A DNA stretch of 64,000 nt. Origin: a virus. The DNA lies in IMG/VR virus record IMGVR_UViG_3300011116_000796, positions 55,655 to 119,654 of that record; one strand, 5' to 3'. The notes under the pieces were generated by a model. It had not been told where the DNA came from. It searched no databases and saw only the letters and a program-made list of their open reading frames with translations. Every line of letters begins with the position of its first letter. Within the stretch, counting starts at the first letter, position 1. Of this stretch, positions 1 through 9,344 are shown in pieces. Made by a program: the position numbers and the translations under genes.

Positions 1-1
1 T

Positions 2-925
2 TTGCCTTGGGCACCTGTAATGCAACCTATTACTAGTGCTGCGATGTCGGGTATAGGCAGTTCACCGACAGGATTATTGCAAGGATCTTGGGTAGTTGGC
101 TTTTTCTTGGATGGAAGAAATGCACAACAACCGTTTGTGATAGGATCATATAGTGGAATTCAAAAACCAGACAAGGTAAACGCTAATTCATCTTTACCAT
201 ATAATGATTTCGGTAAACCCGCAAAGAAAAATGAGTTCATGAACTATCAGTTTGGGTTCAGAGACCCTGATGGGATTTATCCTGTAGAAGGAAGAATGGG
301 AGAACCGGATACAAATAGACTAGTTAGGAACGAGAATACTGACTGGACTGTTGTTAAAAAGAAGAAGGACGAAGTGGTAAGTTGTGATACTGCATTGTAT
401 GGCTCTTGGGAGGAACCAAAGACCCCATATTCTGCAAAATATCCTTACAATCATGTTACGGAAACCAAGTCGGGACACATATTTGAGGTCGATGATACAC
501 CTGGAGCGGAAAGAATTCATAGGTATCATAAATCTGGAACATTTGAAGAGATTCATCCAAATGGGAGTGAAGTGCACAAAGTGGTTGGTAATGAGTGGAA
601 CATAACACTCAACGATAGGTTGATTTTGGTGAAGGGAAATACTACATGGAATACAGATAAACTGATGAAAATTCGTGTGGGCAAAGATTTGGAAATTGAA
701 ACTGAAGGAAACATGCGTGTACTCGTAAAAGGTAATACCGTCATGGAGACACAGGGTAATTTCTTGCATAAGGTCAATGGCAAATTCACTTGTGCGAGTG
801 ATGGAAATATGTTGTTTGTTGCTCCAAGAATCGATTTCAACCCAAATGGATCATCATCTAGAAAGATTCAGACTCTGTTGTCTAAATTGAGATCAACTGT
901 CAGGAAGATATTCAGTAGGAACTGA
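2..925 (+). CDS. gp5: Baseplate hub/spike protein gp5 (5'-truncated at window edge; no lysozyme domain visible)
   Basis: OB-fold motif GSWVVGFFLDG..AQQP and C-terminal YPYNHVTETKSGHIFEVDDTPGAERI motif typical of T4 gp5, followed by beta-helix repeats; lies upstream of PAAR and gp25. Confidence 0.92.
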   Translation: MPWAPVMQPITSAAMSGIGSSPTGLLQGSWVVGFFLDGRNAQQPFVIGSYSGIQKPDKVNANSSLPYNDFGKPAKKNEFMNYQFGFRDPDGIYPVEGRMGEPDTNRLVRNENTDWTVVKKKKDEVVSCDTALYGSWEEPKTPYSAKYPYNHVTETKSGHIFEVDDTPGAERIHRYHKSGTFEEIHPNGSEVHKVVGNEWNITLNDRLILVKGNTTWNTDKLMKIRVGKDLEIETEGNMRVLVKGNTVMETQGNFLHKVNGKFTCASDGNMLFVAPRIDFNPNGSSSRKIQTLLSKLRSTVRKIFSRN

Positions 926-926
926 T

Positions 927-1529
927 ATGATTGGACCAAGCCCATACAAAGGTAACTTCCCAAATGTCAAGGACACAACAGTCGATCCGACATCTGTCGG
1001 AGGAGTTTTAGTTCCTGATAAAAGTATCAGGCAAGAGTTCATAGGTTTGTCGGAAGTTCCGACAATAGAGGTTCCATCAACATATGATGATGCATTACTC
1101 AATGACGAGTTATTAAATAATTTGGAGGTTGTTGAGGAGAATTTAGAGGAGGTGTTTCCTCAGTCACCCCCTAAAGAGGTGGTAGCATTTGGGATTCCTG
1201 TAGCCGATGATGTATCTCCTTTGGCATTTGGGGGTGGATTTGGAACTAAGAAAGAATCAGAACCGATTAAATTAGGAAGTTCATTATCTTTAGATGAAAC
1301 GAGAGTGCTACTTAAAAACTCTGTGATTTCAATCGGGATTAGTGGTGGAGTAGGAGGCGACTATGAATTGGGAACCAAACTGATTTACAGTTTGGAACAG
1401 CAGAAAAAACTCAACCAGATTCTTTCTACACAGTATGTTCCGGAGAATTTGGACACTCAGATTGTCCCCGATGCTCCTTTATTTGTGGTTGGAGATCCTC
1501 CCACCGTTGTTGATGGGGGAGATTTCTAA
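927..1529 (+). CDS. Hypothetical acidic protein in baseplate cluster
   Basis: 200-aa ORF tightly packed between gp5 and the next gene (1-nt gap upstream, TAATG overlap downstream). Confidence 0.7.
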   Translation: MIGPSPYKGNFPNVKDTTVDPTSVGGVLVPDKSIRQEFIGLSEVPTIEVPSTYDDALLNDELLNNLEVVEENLEEVFPQSPPKEVVAFGIPVADDVSPLAFGGGFGTKKESEPIKLGSSLSLDETRVLLKNSVISIGISGGVGGDYELGTKLIYSLEQQKKLNQILSTQYVPENLDTQIVPDAPLFVVGDPPTVVDGGDF

Positions 1530-2206
1530 TGCCAATGACAAGTGACCAATATCCGATTGAGTACTACTACCCAGGAGGTTTTGGTGCAACATCGCAGAAT
1601 TGTATGTTCACTTGGAAAGCGACCGATGAGACTTTTGGAAGAACTCCCATATATGAGAATCAGAGAGTTTGCGGTAATGGTTGTAATAATTTGAGAATAA
1701 CGGCAAATTATACGAGGTGTTCAGCAGCAGCCAAAAATGGAACATATATTCCACCAAATGTGGGTGATAGGTTTACTCTTTCCGAGTGCTGTGGTCCGGG
1801 TGATGGTCCCATCAAATACGCACTTTTAGGCGGTGAATTTCCGCCCAGTTTATATTTGAATATTGACACAGGAAAATTGTGCGGATTTATAGATGGAATT
1901 GAAAAAATTGCGCCGAAACGTCTTAGTGTTCCCCCAAATTTCAGATTCAATGAGTCTAACTATTTGTCTTTTGCAGTTGGCGGTCTTGCTGCTAGGTTTT
2001 TAGTTAGAGCATTTGATTCGGGAAATACAGGACACTATGACGATAGGTATTTAACGATGAATATCAGAACAGATTGGAGTGCTAGGCGTGATAGGTTTGT
2101 CCTAAATATCGATAATCAGTTTTACATAGATGGAAGACCAGTATCAAACAAAGAATATCTTTTGGGAATGAAAAGAAAAGGTTACTATCCAGGACCAGGA
2201 TGTTGA
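1529..2206 (+). CDS. Putative structural protein with He_PIG/Ig-like segment
   Basis: YALLGGEFPPSLYLNIDTGKLCG resembles the putative-Ig (He_PIG) motif; coupled to upstream ORF. Confidence 0.65.
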   Translation: MPMTSDQYPIEYYYPGGFGATSQNCMFTWKATDETFGRTPIYENQRVCGNGCNNLRITANYTRCSAAAKNGTYIPPNVGDRFTLSECCGPGDGPIKYALLGGEFPPSLYLNIDTGKLCGFIDGIEKIAPKRLSVPPNFRFNESNYLSFAVGGLAARFLVRAFDSGNTGHYDDRYLTMNIRTDWSARRDRFVLNIDNQFYIDGRPVSNKEYLLGMKRKGYYPGPGC

Positions 2207-2212
2207 GGAAAA

Positions 2213-2500
2213 ATGCCAGCAGTACATAGACTAAGGGATATCTGCACGGGACACGGATGTTTTCCTCCGAGACCAAATATATCAGCATCATCAAATGTGA
2301 TCGTTAATAGTAGAGGGTGGCACAGAAGAAATGATGGGTGGAAAAAGCATTGTTGCGGTAAATCTTGTCACGCAAGCACCACTGCACAAGGATCAACAAG
2401 TGTGTTCGTTAATAGTAGACAGGCAGTAAGAATAGGTGATCCAGTTAAATGTGGGTCAGCAGCAGGAACAGGTTCTCCAAATGTGTTTTGTGGCGGATGA
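2213..2500 (+). CDS. PAAR spike-tip protein (T4 gp5.4-like)
   Basis: MPAVHRLRDICTGHGCFPPR...AVRIGDPVKCG..GSPNVF PAAR pattern with metal-binding Cys/His; sits between gp5 and gp25. Confidence 0.93.
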   Translation: MPAVHRLRDICTGHGCFPPRPNISASSNVIVNSRGWHRRNDGWKKHCCGKSCHASTTAQGSTSVFVNSRQAVRIGDPVKCGSAAGTGSPNVFCGG

Positions 2501-2516
2501 TTGAGGGAAATTACAA

Positions 2517-2909
2517 ATGGCATCATTTAACGGAAATTCAGCAGATCTAGACATCAACTTCGAAAGAAACTTGTTTACAAATGATGTTTCTGTGAAGTCA
2601 GGAGAAGAGGCCATCCGTAGGGCAGTCAAGAATCTAATTCTTCTAAAGACAAACGAGAAACCTTTTCACCCAGAGATAAATTCAGGGGTTTCCGATATTC
2701 TGTTTGAGAATGTTGATCCGATTATCATGGAAGAACTCAAGAGAAGAATCAAACAGATTATTGCACGTTATGAGCCGAGAGTATCTAAGAGCATCATCAA
2801 CCTAGAATACAACATAGACCGAAACACAGTTACCGTTAAGATTCTTTACACAATAAAGAATGTTCCAACTGTATTCACGGCTGATTTAACACTACAGAGG
2901 ACACGCTAA
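2517..2909 (+). CDS. gp25: Baseplate wedge subunit gp25
   Basis: DLDINF...AIRRAVKNLI...EKPFHPEI...LFE...YEPRV GPW/gp25 motifs; synteny. Confidence 0.93.
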   Translation: MASFNGNSADLDINFERNLFTNDVSVKSGEEAIRRAVKNLILLKTNEKPFHPEINSGVSDILFENVDPIIMEELKRRIKQIIARYEPRVSKSIINLEYNIDRNTVTVKILYTIKNVPTVFTADLTLQRTR

Positions 2910-4840
2910 TGTCTAATACCCCTATCCGTGAACTTGACTTTGATCAGATAAAGCAAAGCCTTAAAGATTATTTGCGTGGTCAAGATAAGTTCAAAGACTA
3001 CGACTTCGAAGGGTCTACACTCAACATTCTATTGGATTTGCTTGCATATAATACGCATTACCAGGCGTTTTATGCAAACATGGTCGCAAATGAAGCCTTT
3101 CTTGATTCGGCTGTTGTGAGAAACTCTGTCGTTTCTTTGGCAAAACATCTTAACTATAGACCAAGATCGAAGAAGTCCGCACGAATTGCAGTAAATGTTG
3201 AGTTATCACCGATCACATCAGGAAGATCGCAGCCTGCTGGAGTGACTGTCGCATCTGGTAAAGAATATGTAAATGCAGGGACTACATTTTTTGCAAGAAA
3301 TTCACAGGGGCAAAATGTATCGTTTGTGACTCTAGACAATTTTAGAGTTCGGGTTTTTGGAGGGAGATTTGTTGCTTCTGATGTCATCCTACATGAGGGG
3401 GTTCTTAAGACATCTTCGTACATAGTTAATGCAAAGGATACACTACAGAGATTTGTGATTGAGGATCAAAACATTGATATAGATACGCTTTCTGTCAGAG
3501 TACAGAGGTCGGTGACAGACACAGAGGGGTTTGATGAAATCTGGGCGAGATCGACAGACATCAATACTCTTAATGGGAGTTCAAGGGTCTTCTTTGTACA
3601 AGAGGCAGAGAACGGTAAGTGGGAAATATATTTCGGTGATGGTATAGTAGGAAAGGCATTGGAAAACGGAAATTTAATTCAAATGGTGTATCTCTCCACA
3701 AATGGAGAAAGTGGAAATGGAATCGGATCTACAGACTCTACCTCTTCAAGAGTTTTCACATCAAACAATCCTGAGTTTTTGGTGGAAGTGATCAAGGACT
3801 CAAGGGGAATTCCACAGCCATCTTACGGTGGAGCAGAACCCGAGAGTACAGAATCTATTAAGTTTCATGCTCCTAAAAACTATCAGGCACAAGACCGAGC
3901 GGTAACATCAGAAGATTATCTCTCCATTCTCGCAAGAGAGTATTCCATCAGATCAGAATCTTTCTTGGTTTGGGGAGGAGAGGAAAACGACCCACCACAA
4001 TACGGAAAGGTCTTCATCTCAATCAAACCCAAAAATGCGGGTCGGCTTACTATTACAGAAAAGCAAGCAATTTCTAGGACTGTTTTAGGTCAAAGGAACT
4101 TGGTTACTGTCACCCCCGAAATAGTAGATCCAGATTTGACATATATCAATACTGATGTATCGGTATTTTATGATCCACAGTTGACAACAGCAACTCCAGA
4201 CGTTTTGATATCGGGGATCTCCTCTAAAATTGTTGAATATGGAGATACATTCTTAGATCAGTTTGGAAAGAATTTCAGGCAATCTAAGTTCAGTTCTTTC
4301 ATAGACGCTCTCGACCCGTCCATCAATAGTAGCAATGTCAAGTTGAAATTGGAAAAGCGTATAGAGCCACAATTTGAAAGGACTTTGCCCTACACAGTTA
4401 AGTTTGATAATGCAGTCTTTCATCCGGTTGATGGATACCCTCCCGTACTTAGTTCATCATCATTCTATTACAGAGATTTAACATCGACTGCTGTAAATAA
4501 ACCAACTGTTATTGCATATTTGGATGATGATGGATATGGTAATATTCGAATCTACAAAAAGGTGGGCGAGGAGAGAATTTATCTAGTTAGTAGAGCAGGA
4601 ACAATTAACTATACAAATGGCCTGATTCAACTCAAATCTTTCTCTCCTTTGGGTATTCCTGATCCAGATGGTTCAGTGGAGATCAAAATTATCATTGTTC
4701 CTGATCGGGGAGATGTTTTGGTTCGTAGAAATCAAGTTTTGTTAATCAACGACAGAGAAATAAATGTTGTTGTCGTGCCTGAAAAAACAGTTATTGATAG
4801 AAATGCAAGCGATAGTGGATTCCCATTTAGGACAAACTAA
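2909..4840 (+). CDS. gp6: Baseplate wedge subunit gp6
   Basis: LDFDQIK..LKDYL...FKDYDFEGS.L..LLDLLAYNTHY, QDRAVT..DY, WGGEENDPPQYGKVFISIKP. Confidence 0.95.
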   Translation: MSNTPIRELDFDQIKQSLKDYLRGQDKFKDYDFEGSTLNILLDLLAYNTHYQAFYANMVANEAFLDSAVVRNSVVSLAKHLNYRPRSKKSARIAVNVELSPITSGRSQPAGVTVASGKEYVNAGTTFFARNSQGQNVSFVTLDNFRVRVFGGRFVASDVILHEGVLKTSSYIVNAKDTLQRFVIEDQNIDIDTLSVRVQRSVTDTEGFDEIWARSTDINTLNGSSRVFFVQEAENGKWEIYFGDGIVGKALENGNLIQMVYLSTNGESGNGIGSTDSTSSRVFTSNNPEFLVEVIKDSRGIPQPSYGGAEPESTESIKFHAPKNYQAQDRAVTSEDYLSILAREYSIRSESFLVWGGEENDPPQYGKVFISIKPKNAGRLTITEKQAISRTVLGQRNLVTVTPEIVDPDLTYINTDVSVFYDPQLTTATPDVLISGISSKIVEYGDTFLDQFGKNFRQSKFSSFIDALDPSINSSNVKLKLEKRIEPQFERTLPYTVKFDNAVFHPVDGYPPVLSSSSFYYRDLTSTAVNKPTVIAYLDDDGYGNIRIYKKVGEERIYLVSRAGTINYTNGLIQLKSFSPLGIPDPDGSVEIKIIIVPDRGDVLVRRNQVLLINDREINVVVVPEKTVIDRNASDSGFPFRTN

Positions 4841-6949
4841 ATGACAAGCAAACCACTCAATGATATTAGTGATTTGGTGTCAGGAAGACTTCCTGAATTT
4901 ATCAGAGTTGATCACCCAACACTTGTTGCATTTTTGGATGCCTATTATGAGTGGCTACAGAACAAAGACAGATCAGGCAAAATTCTAAGCCCTATGGTTC
5001 TACAAGATGTGATTGATGTTGATGATACTTTGAATGATTTTGTCAAGCAATTCAAAAATCAGTATCTCTACAATTTTCCCGAAAAATTAGCCACATCTAA
5101 AGATGGAACTCCTTTAGATATTCGAAAATTGATGAAGCACATCAAAGCCTTTTATCGTTCAAAGGGCACGGAAAAGTCATATGAGTTTTTGTTTAGAATA
5201 TTGTATGATGCTTCCGTTGAAATTTATTATCCAAAACAAGATATTCTCAGAGTCTCAGATGCAAAATGGTATCAGAAAACTTCAATAAAGTCATCAAACT
5301 CACTCGGTGACCGAATCTTTGATTCTATCGGCAGAATCATCTATCAGAAAAACATTGAGGGAAAAATAACGTCATCGGCAAAAGTCATAGATGTTAATTT
5401 GTATCAACAAGATCAATATGAAGTTGCCGAACTTGTTTTGACAGGGAAAAATGGATCGTTTTCTCCTGGAAGTAGAGGTTTTTCATTTGAAGTTGATAAT
5501 CAAGTTCTTCGTGAACTTAAGATATACGATGTAGTCACATCAGTAACCGTAAGTAATGGTGGATCAGGATATACTGTTGGAGACAGAGTCATATTTACTG
5601 CTGTTGCTGGTGATAGTGGAATTGCTGCAAGAGGTCAGGTTTCAGTTGTTAGTGCAACAGGATCGATAAAAAGAATCAAGATGGATGACTTTGGACTCAA
5701 TTATGGTGTGAGTCCTTCTATAACAGTTCAATCAATAAATGGATCTGGATTTTCTGGTGTTGCAAATTTGGGAGCATTGTGTGAGTCAGAAGGCTACTAT
5801 GTAAATACAGATGGCAGATTGAGTAGCAAGAAAGTCATCCAAGACAACCATTACTACCAAGACTTCTCATATGTTCTAAAAACAGAGTTAGTCATTGATG
5901 AGTATCGTGAAGCAGTTCGTAGATTGATACACCCTGCGGGAACTGCCATGTTTGGTCAAGTTTTAATCAAGAGATGCGCTAAGGAAGATTTGACAAACGC
6001 CTCTACGCTTATGCGGTTTGAGCGTCCCATAATTGGTCATTACTGCCCATACACATTTAACACATACAACAATTTACAAGAATGGTTCTCAATTCCAGGT
6101 ACCGGGGATTCGTTGGGTACGAATATCCCATCTGGATATAACCCAAATAAGCATGACTCGCTAATTCAATATGGCGGCAAAGCCGGTACACCCGATCAAC
6201 TCACCACTATCGGAAATCCAATAACAAATTTGATCCCATTTGTTGAAGCAACCGGACCTTCGTTTTCGCCTCTCGGTCTTAGCGGATATCAAAATGCAGA
6301 TCCTTTCTGGATCATTTACGAGCATCCAAATAGAAAAATTAGTGGACCGACCATAGCACAAATTTGGAGAAATCAACTGTCCGATTTTGTGAATACATGG
6401 CCTGAGTGGTGTTCAGTTACAGGTGGTGGCCCACCAAACGGATGGACAGCGGATTTCCAAGACCCATCTTTTGAGAAGAAATATGCCTTCTTGAAATACA
6501 ACGACACATCATCGTTCAGAAAGATAACAGCAAGAGCATTTTTTGAAATGCCAATCGGTGAGGAATTTGACTGTAAGGTTGAGTCTAGAGAAGCATTCGC
6601 TAGGCCAGTTATGAACATATTGCAGCCTTTGAATGGGCAGGAGGTAAACTCTAAAATAGAGTCTTGTCCAATCACAATCAGATTTGATATACAAAACAGT
6701 CAGAATTTACCTAGAGTTTCAGGTTTCGATCAGGATAGTAAGATCAGAATCTCTATGTCTCCAAATACTGTTCCTTCTCTTAAAAAACCAGTTTATCTCG
6801 ACATCAATGAAAGAGAATTTCATGCAAATTCTGTGCCCGAAGGCATTTATTCTGTTCGTGTGGATGTTGTTGATAGATTATTCAGGCCCATACAGAGATT
6901 GTCTGACAGCGTAGTCTTTGAATATACATGCTTACCACCAAATCCGTGA
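4841..6949 (+). CDS. gp7: Baseplate wedge initiator gp7-like
   Basis: LPEFI..DHP..V.FL.AYYEW, FYRSKGTEKSYEFLFRILY, IQDNHYYQDFSYVLK, LIHPAG motifs; follows gp6. Confidence 0.85.
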   Translation: MTSKPLNDISDLVSGRLPEFIRVDHPTLVAFLDAYYEWLQNKDRSGKILSPMVLQDVIDVDDTLNDFVKQFKNQYLYNFPEKLATSKDGTPLDIRKLMKHIKAFYRSKGTEKSYEFLFRILYDASVEIYYPKQDILRVSDAKWYQKTSIKSSNSLGDRIFDSIGRIIYQKNIEGKITSSAKVIDVNLYQQDQYEVAELVLTGKNGSFSPGSRGFSFEVDNQVLRELKIYDVVTSVTVSNGGSGYTVGDRVIFTAVAGDSGIAARGQVSVVSATGSIKRIKMDDFGLNYGVSPSITVQSINGSGFSGVANLGALCESEGYYVNTDGRLSSKKVIQDNHYYQDFSYVLKTELVIDEYREAVRRLIHPAGTAMFGQVLIKRCAKEDLTNASTLMRFERPIIGHYCPYTFNTYNNLQEWFSIPGTGDSLGTNIPSGYNPNKHDSLIQYGGKAGTPDQLTTIGNPITNLIPFVEATGPSFSPLGLSGYQNADPFWIIYEHPNRKISGPTIAQIWRNQLSDFVNTWPEWCSVTGGGPPNGWTADFQDPSFEKKYAFLKYNDTSSFRKITARAFFEMPIGEEFDCKVESREAFARPVMNILQPLNGQEVNSKIESCPITIRFDIQNSQNLPRVSGFDQDSKIRISMSPNTVPSLKKPVYLDINEREFHANSVPEGIYSVRVDVVDRLFRPIQRLSDSVVFEYTCLPPNP

Positions 6950-6952
6950 GGT

Positions 6953-6959
6953 CTAAATA
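6953..6959 (+). promoter_or_regulatory. T4-type late promoter (CTAAATA) before gp8
   Basis: Same box recurs in intergenic or 3'-gene positions before many structural genes. Confidence 0.75.
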
Positions 6960-6966
6960 AACAGCC

Positions 6967-9333
6967 ATGTCAAGTTGCGACCCATTTCGTCAAAATCACA
7001 AAAGATTCATAGTTGATACGCTTGTAAATCAATACAGCGATATCTCAGATGATAATCTGTACCTTAGTATAGGTAAAATTACTCCTTGGGGAGCAACTCA
7101 AGGTAGTGATATACCTGTAAGATCTTTGGATTCTGTGGAAGATGATACTAATTTTTGGCGGGGCATGATCGCAGCCAAAAGGATCAATAGATCAGATGTT
7201 TCGTTCGTCATTCGTAGGGTAGATTGGACATCGGGAACAGTTTATACGGCCTACAGAAATAATGTCGATCTATTTGACGATCTGAGTCCAGCAGACTTTT
7301 ATGCACTTGTTGATGAGGAAAGAGTTTATATCTGTATAGACAACAATTTAGGCTCACAGTCTTTAATTCCACCCACTCACACAGATTCGATTGTTAGAAA
7401 ATTGAGTGATGGGTATCGGTGGAAGTTTCTTTACCAAATTCCCGAAAGTAAACGAAAGTTCCTGACAAAGAGTAAAGTTGGTTCTATTGGGTACATGCCT
7501 GTTGAATTTGTTGAGTCTATTCGTGAAAACGATGATAGAGTGTTGCAATGGAATGTTCAGCAAGCAGCAGTAAATGGAAAAATAGAGTTTGCTTACATGG
7601 ATGAACCCGCAAAAGCATATTGGGTTTCAAGTCCATCGTGTGTTCTTCCATCAAATGCAAATATAGTCGTTGACAATGTTGCATCTGGAGGGACTACAGT
7701 ACAAATATCATCTCCTGAACTATCACCCAATTCAGACTTCTACACAAACATGATCATATCATTTGATGCTGGTCCTGGTCAGGGGCAGCGTAGAACCATC
7801 AAGGAGTATAATTGGCTTGGTGTTACGGCAAGAGTGGTCGTAGATCCACTTGTTCTTGGTATATCGGGATCATCAAATCCAAACACACAAACCTTCTTTA
7901 GTATTCAGCCTAAAGTCACAGTGAATGGTGATGGGTTTGCTAATAGTAACACATACAATCCAACAAATAGAACCGCAGATTTTCAGGTTAAGTTTGGTGA
8001 AACAGCAGGGGTATCAGCCGATTGTAGTAATATTTTGTCTCGGTACGTCAAAAGTATCGAAATTGTAGATGGTGGCAAAGATTATACATTTATCGAACTC
8101 GACATTCCAAAGGGACTGACAACAGTATTTTCAAACACACCAAGAGAATATCTTGATCTGAAAAAGGTTCTTCATGGTGTCATCCCCCCTCCCGGAGGCC
8201 ACGGTGCAAATCCATTCAAAGAACTTGGGTGTGCTGCATATATGATTGTAAAGGATTTTGATGGGGATGAATTGGTTCAGGGAAATTGTGCTGAGGGGTG
8301 TACCGAAACAAGTAAATTGGATACGGACAATGATTTTAGACAATTCGGAATAATCAGAAACCCCACCTTATCGAATCCACAAACTAGACTTAAGTTTTTT
8401 CAAATTGGTCTGACAGGAACATTTACCGTAGGTGGTACTGCGGGGCAACTCGGAACATCTATAGTCGGTAGAGTTCTTGAGTGGAATATTGGAACTACAG
8501 GAGTTACTGCTACAAGTGAACTAGTTTTGGACAGAATTGTTGGCGGCACATTTGCAGCAGGAGCAACAGTTGGGGGATTGACTGTTTATGATGTTTCTCA
8601 TAAGACAGTCGCAGGAACTGAAGGCAGACATCTTATGAGACTGATTCTGTCTCCGCAAAATATTGAATTTGCATCTTCAGGTAAAACATATGCTCGTAGA
8701 CACTACGCACATGGTGTAGGTAACAGATCAGAAAACATTCCTGAATCTAGATCTTCTGGTGAAATTTATAAATGGCAAACCGCAGCGGGAACATTACAAC
8801 GTGGGGTTTTACATCTTGAAGATCCGAAAGGCAAATTCAATATTGGGGAATTGGTACTTCAAACTCAACCGTATTTTGCTGGTTCAAATGGTTCGACTGG
8901 AGATGGAAAGATAGTAAGTATTGATACAGAACTGATAAATGTTCCATCAATCTATGATTTGACTACAACACTAAAATTATTTGGTGAGGATTTTGTAAAG
9001 GATACTTTCTATAAAGATGCATTTGTTTCATTTGCGACAGGAATTACGGCTGGAAATGGGTATGTGGTTGATTGGAATCCTGTTACAGGTGGAACAAATG
9101 GATATTTGAGACTTGCTGGAGCGCAAGGAATATTTGTCACCGGACAAGCAGTCGAATATATTGCGTTTGGTTCCTCTGGAAACACAACTTCGGTTGATGC
9201 TATAGTTCAGAGTATTGACCACAGAGGGGAACTTAAGTACAGGACCGGAGAAGTCCTATACATACAGAATATAAAACCAATACAAAGAGACCTAGAGCAG
9301 AGAGAAGAAATTAAACTCGTAATAGAGTTGTAA
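6967..9333 (+). CDS. gp8: Baseplate wedge subunit gp8
   Basis: RVDWTSGTVY, VYICIDNN, DGYRWKFLY, PPGGHGAN, NDFRQFGIIRNP, GEVLYI.N..PI.R...Q.EEIKLVIE. Confidence 0.9.
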   Translation: MSSCDPFRQNHKRFIVDTLVNQYSDISDDNLYLSIGKITPWGATQGSDIPVRSLDSVEDDTNFWRGMIAAKRINRSDVSFVIRRVDWTSGTVYTAYRNNVDLFDDLSPADFYALVDEERVYICIDNNLGSQSLIPPTHTDSIVRKLSDGYRWKFLYQIPESKRKFLTKSKVGSIGYMPVEFVESIRENDDRVLQWNVQQAAVNGKIEFAYMDEPAKAYWVSSPSCVLPSNANIVVDNVASGGTTVQISSPELSPNSDFYTNMIISFDAGPGQGQRRTIKEYNWLGVTARVVVDPLVLGISGSSNPNTQTFFSIQPKVTVNGDGFANSNTYNPTNRTADFQVKFGETAGVSADCSNILSRYVKSIEIVDGGKDYTFIELDIPKGLTTVFSNTPREYLDLKKVLHGVIPPPGGHGANPFKELGCAAYMIVKDFDGDELVQGNCAEGCTETSKLDTDNDFRQFGIIRNPTLSNPQTRLKFFQIGLTGTFTVGGTAGQLGTSIVGRVLEWNIGTTGVTATSELVLDRIVGGTFAAGATVGGLTVYDVSHKTVAGTEGRHLMRLILSPQNIEFASSGKTYARRHYAHGVGNRSENIPESRSSGEIYKWQTAAGTLQRGVLHLEDPKGKFNIGELVLQTQPYFAGSNGSTGDGKIVSIDTELINVPSIYDLTTTLKLFGEDFVKDTFYKDAFVSFATGITAGNGYVVDWNPVTGGTNGYLRLAGAQGIFVTGQAVEYIAFGSSGNTTSVDAIVQSIDHRGELKYRTGEVLYIQNIKPIQRDLEQREEIKLVIEL

Positions 9334-9344
9334 GGTAAAAAGAC

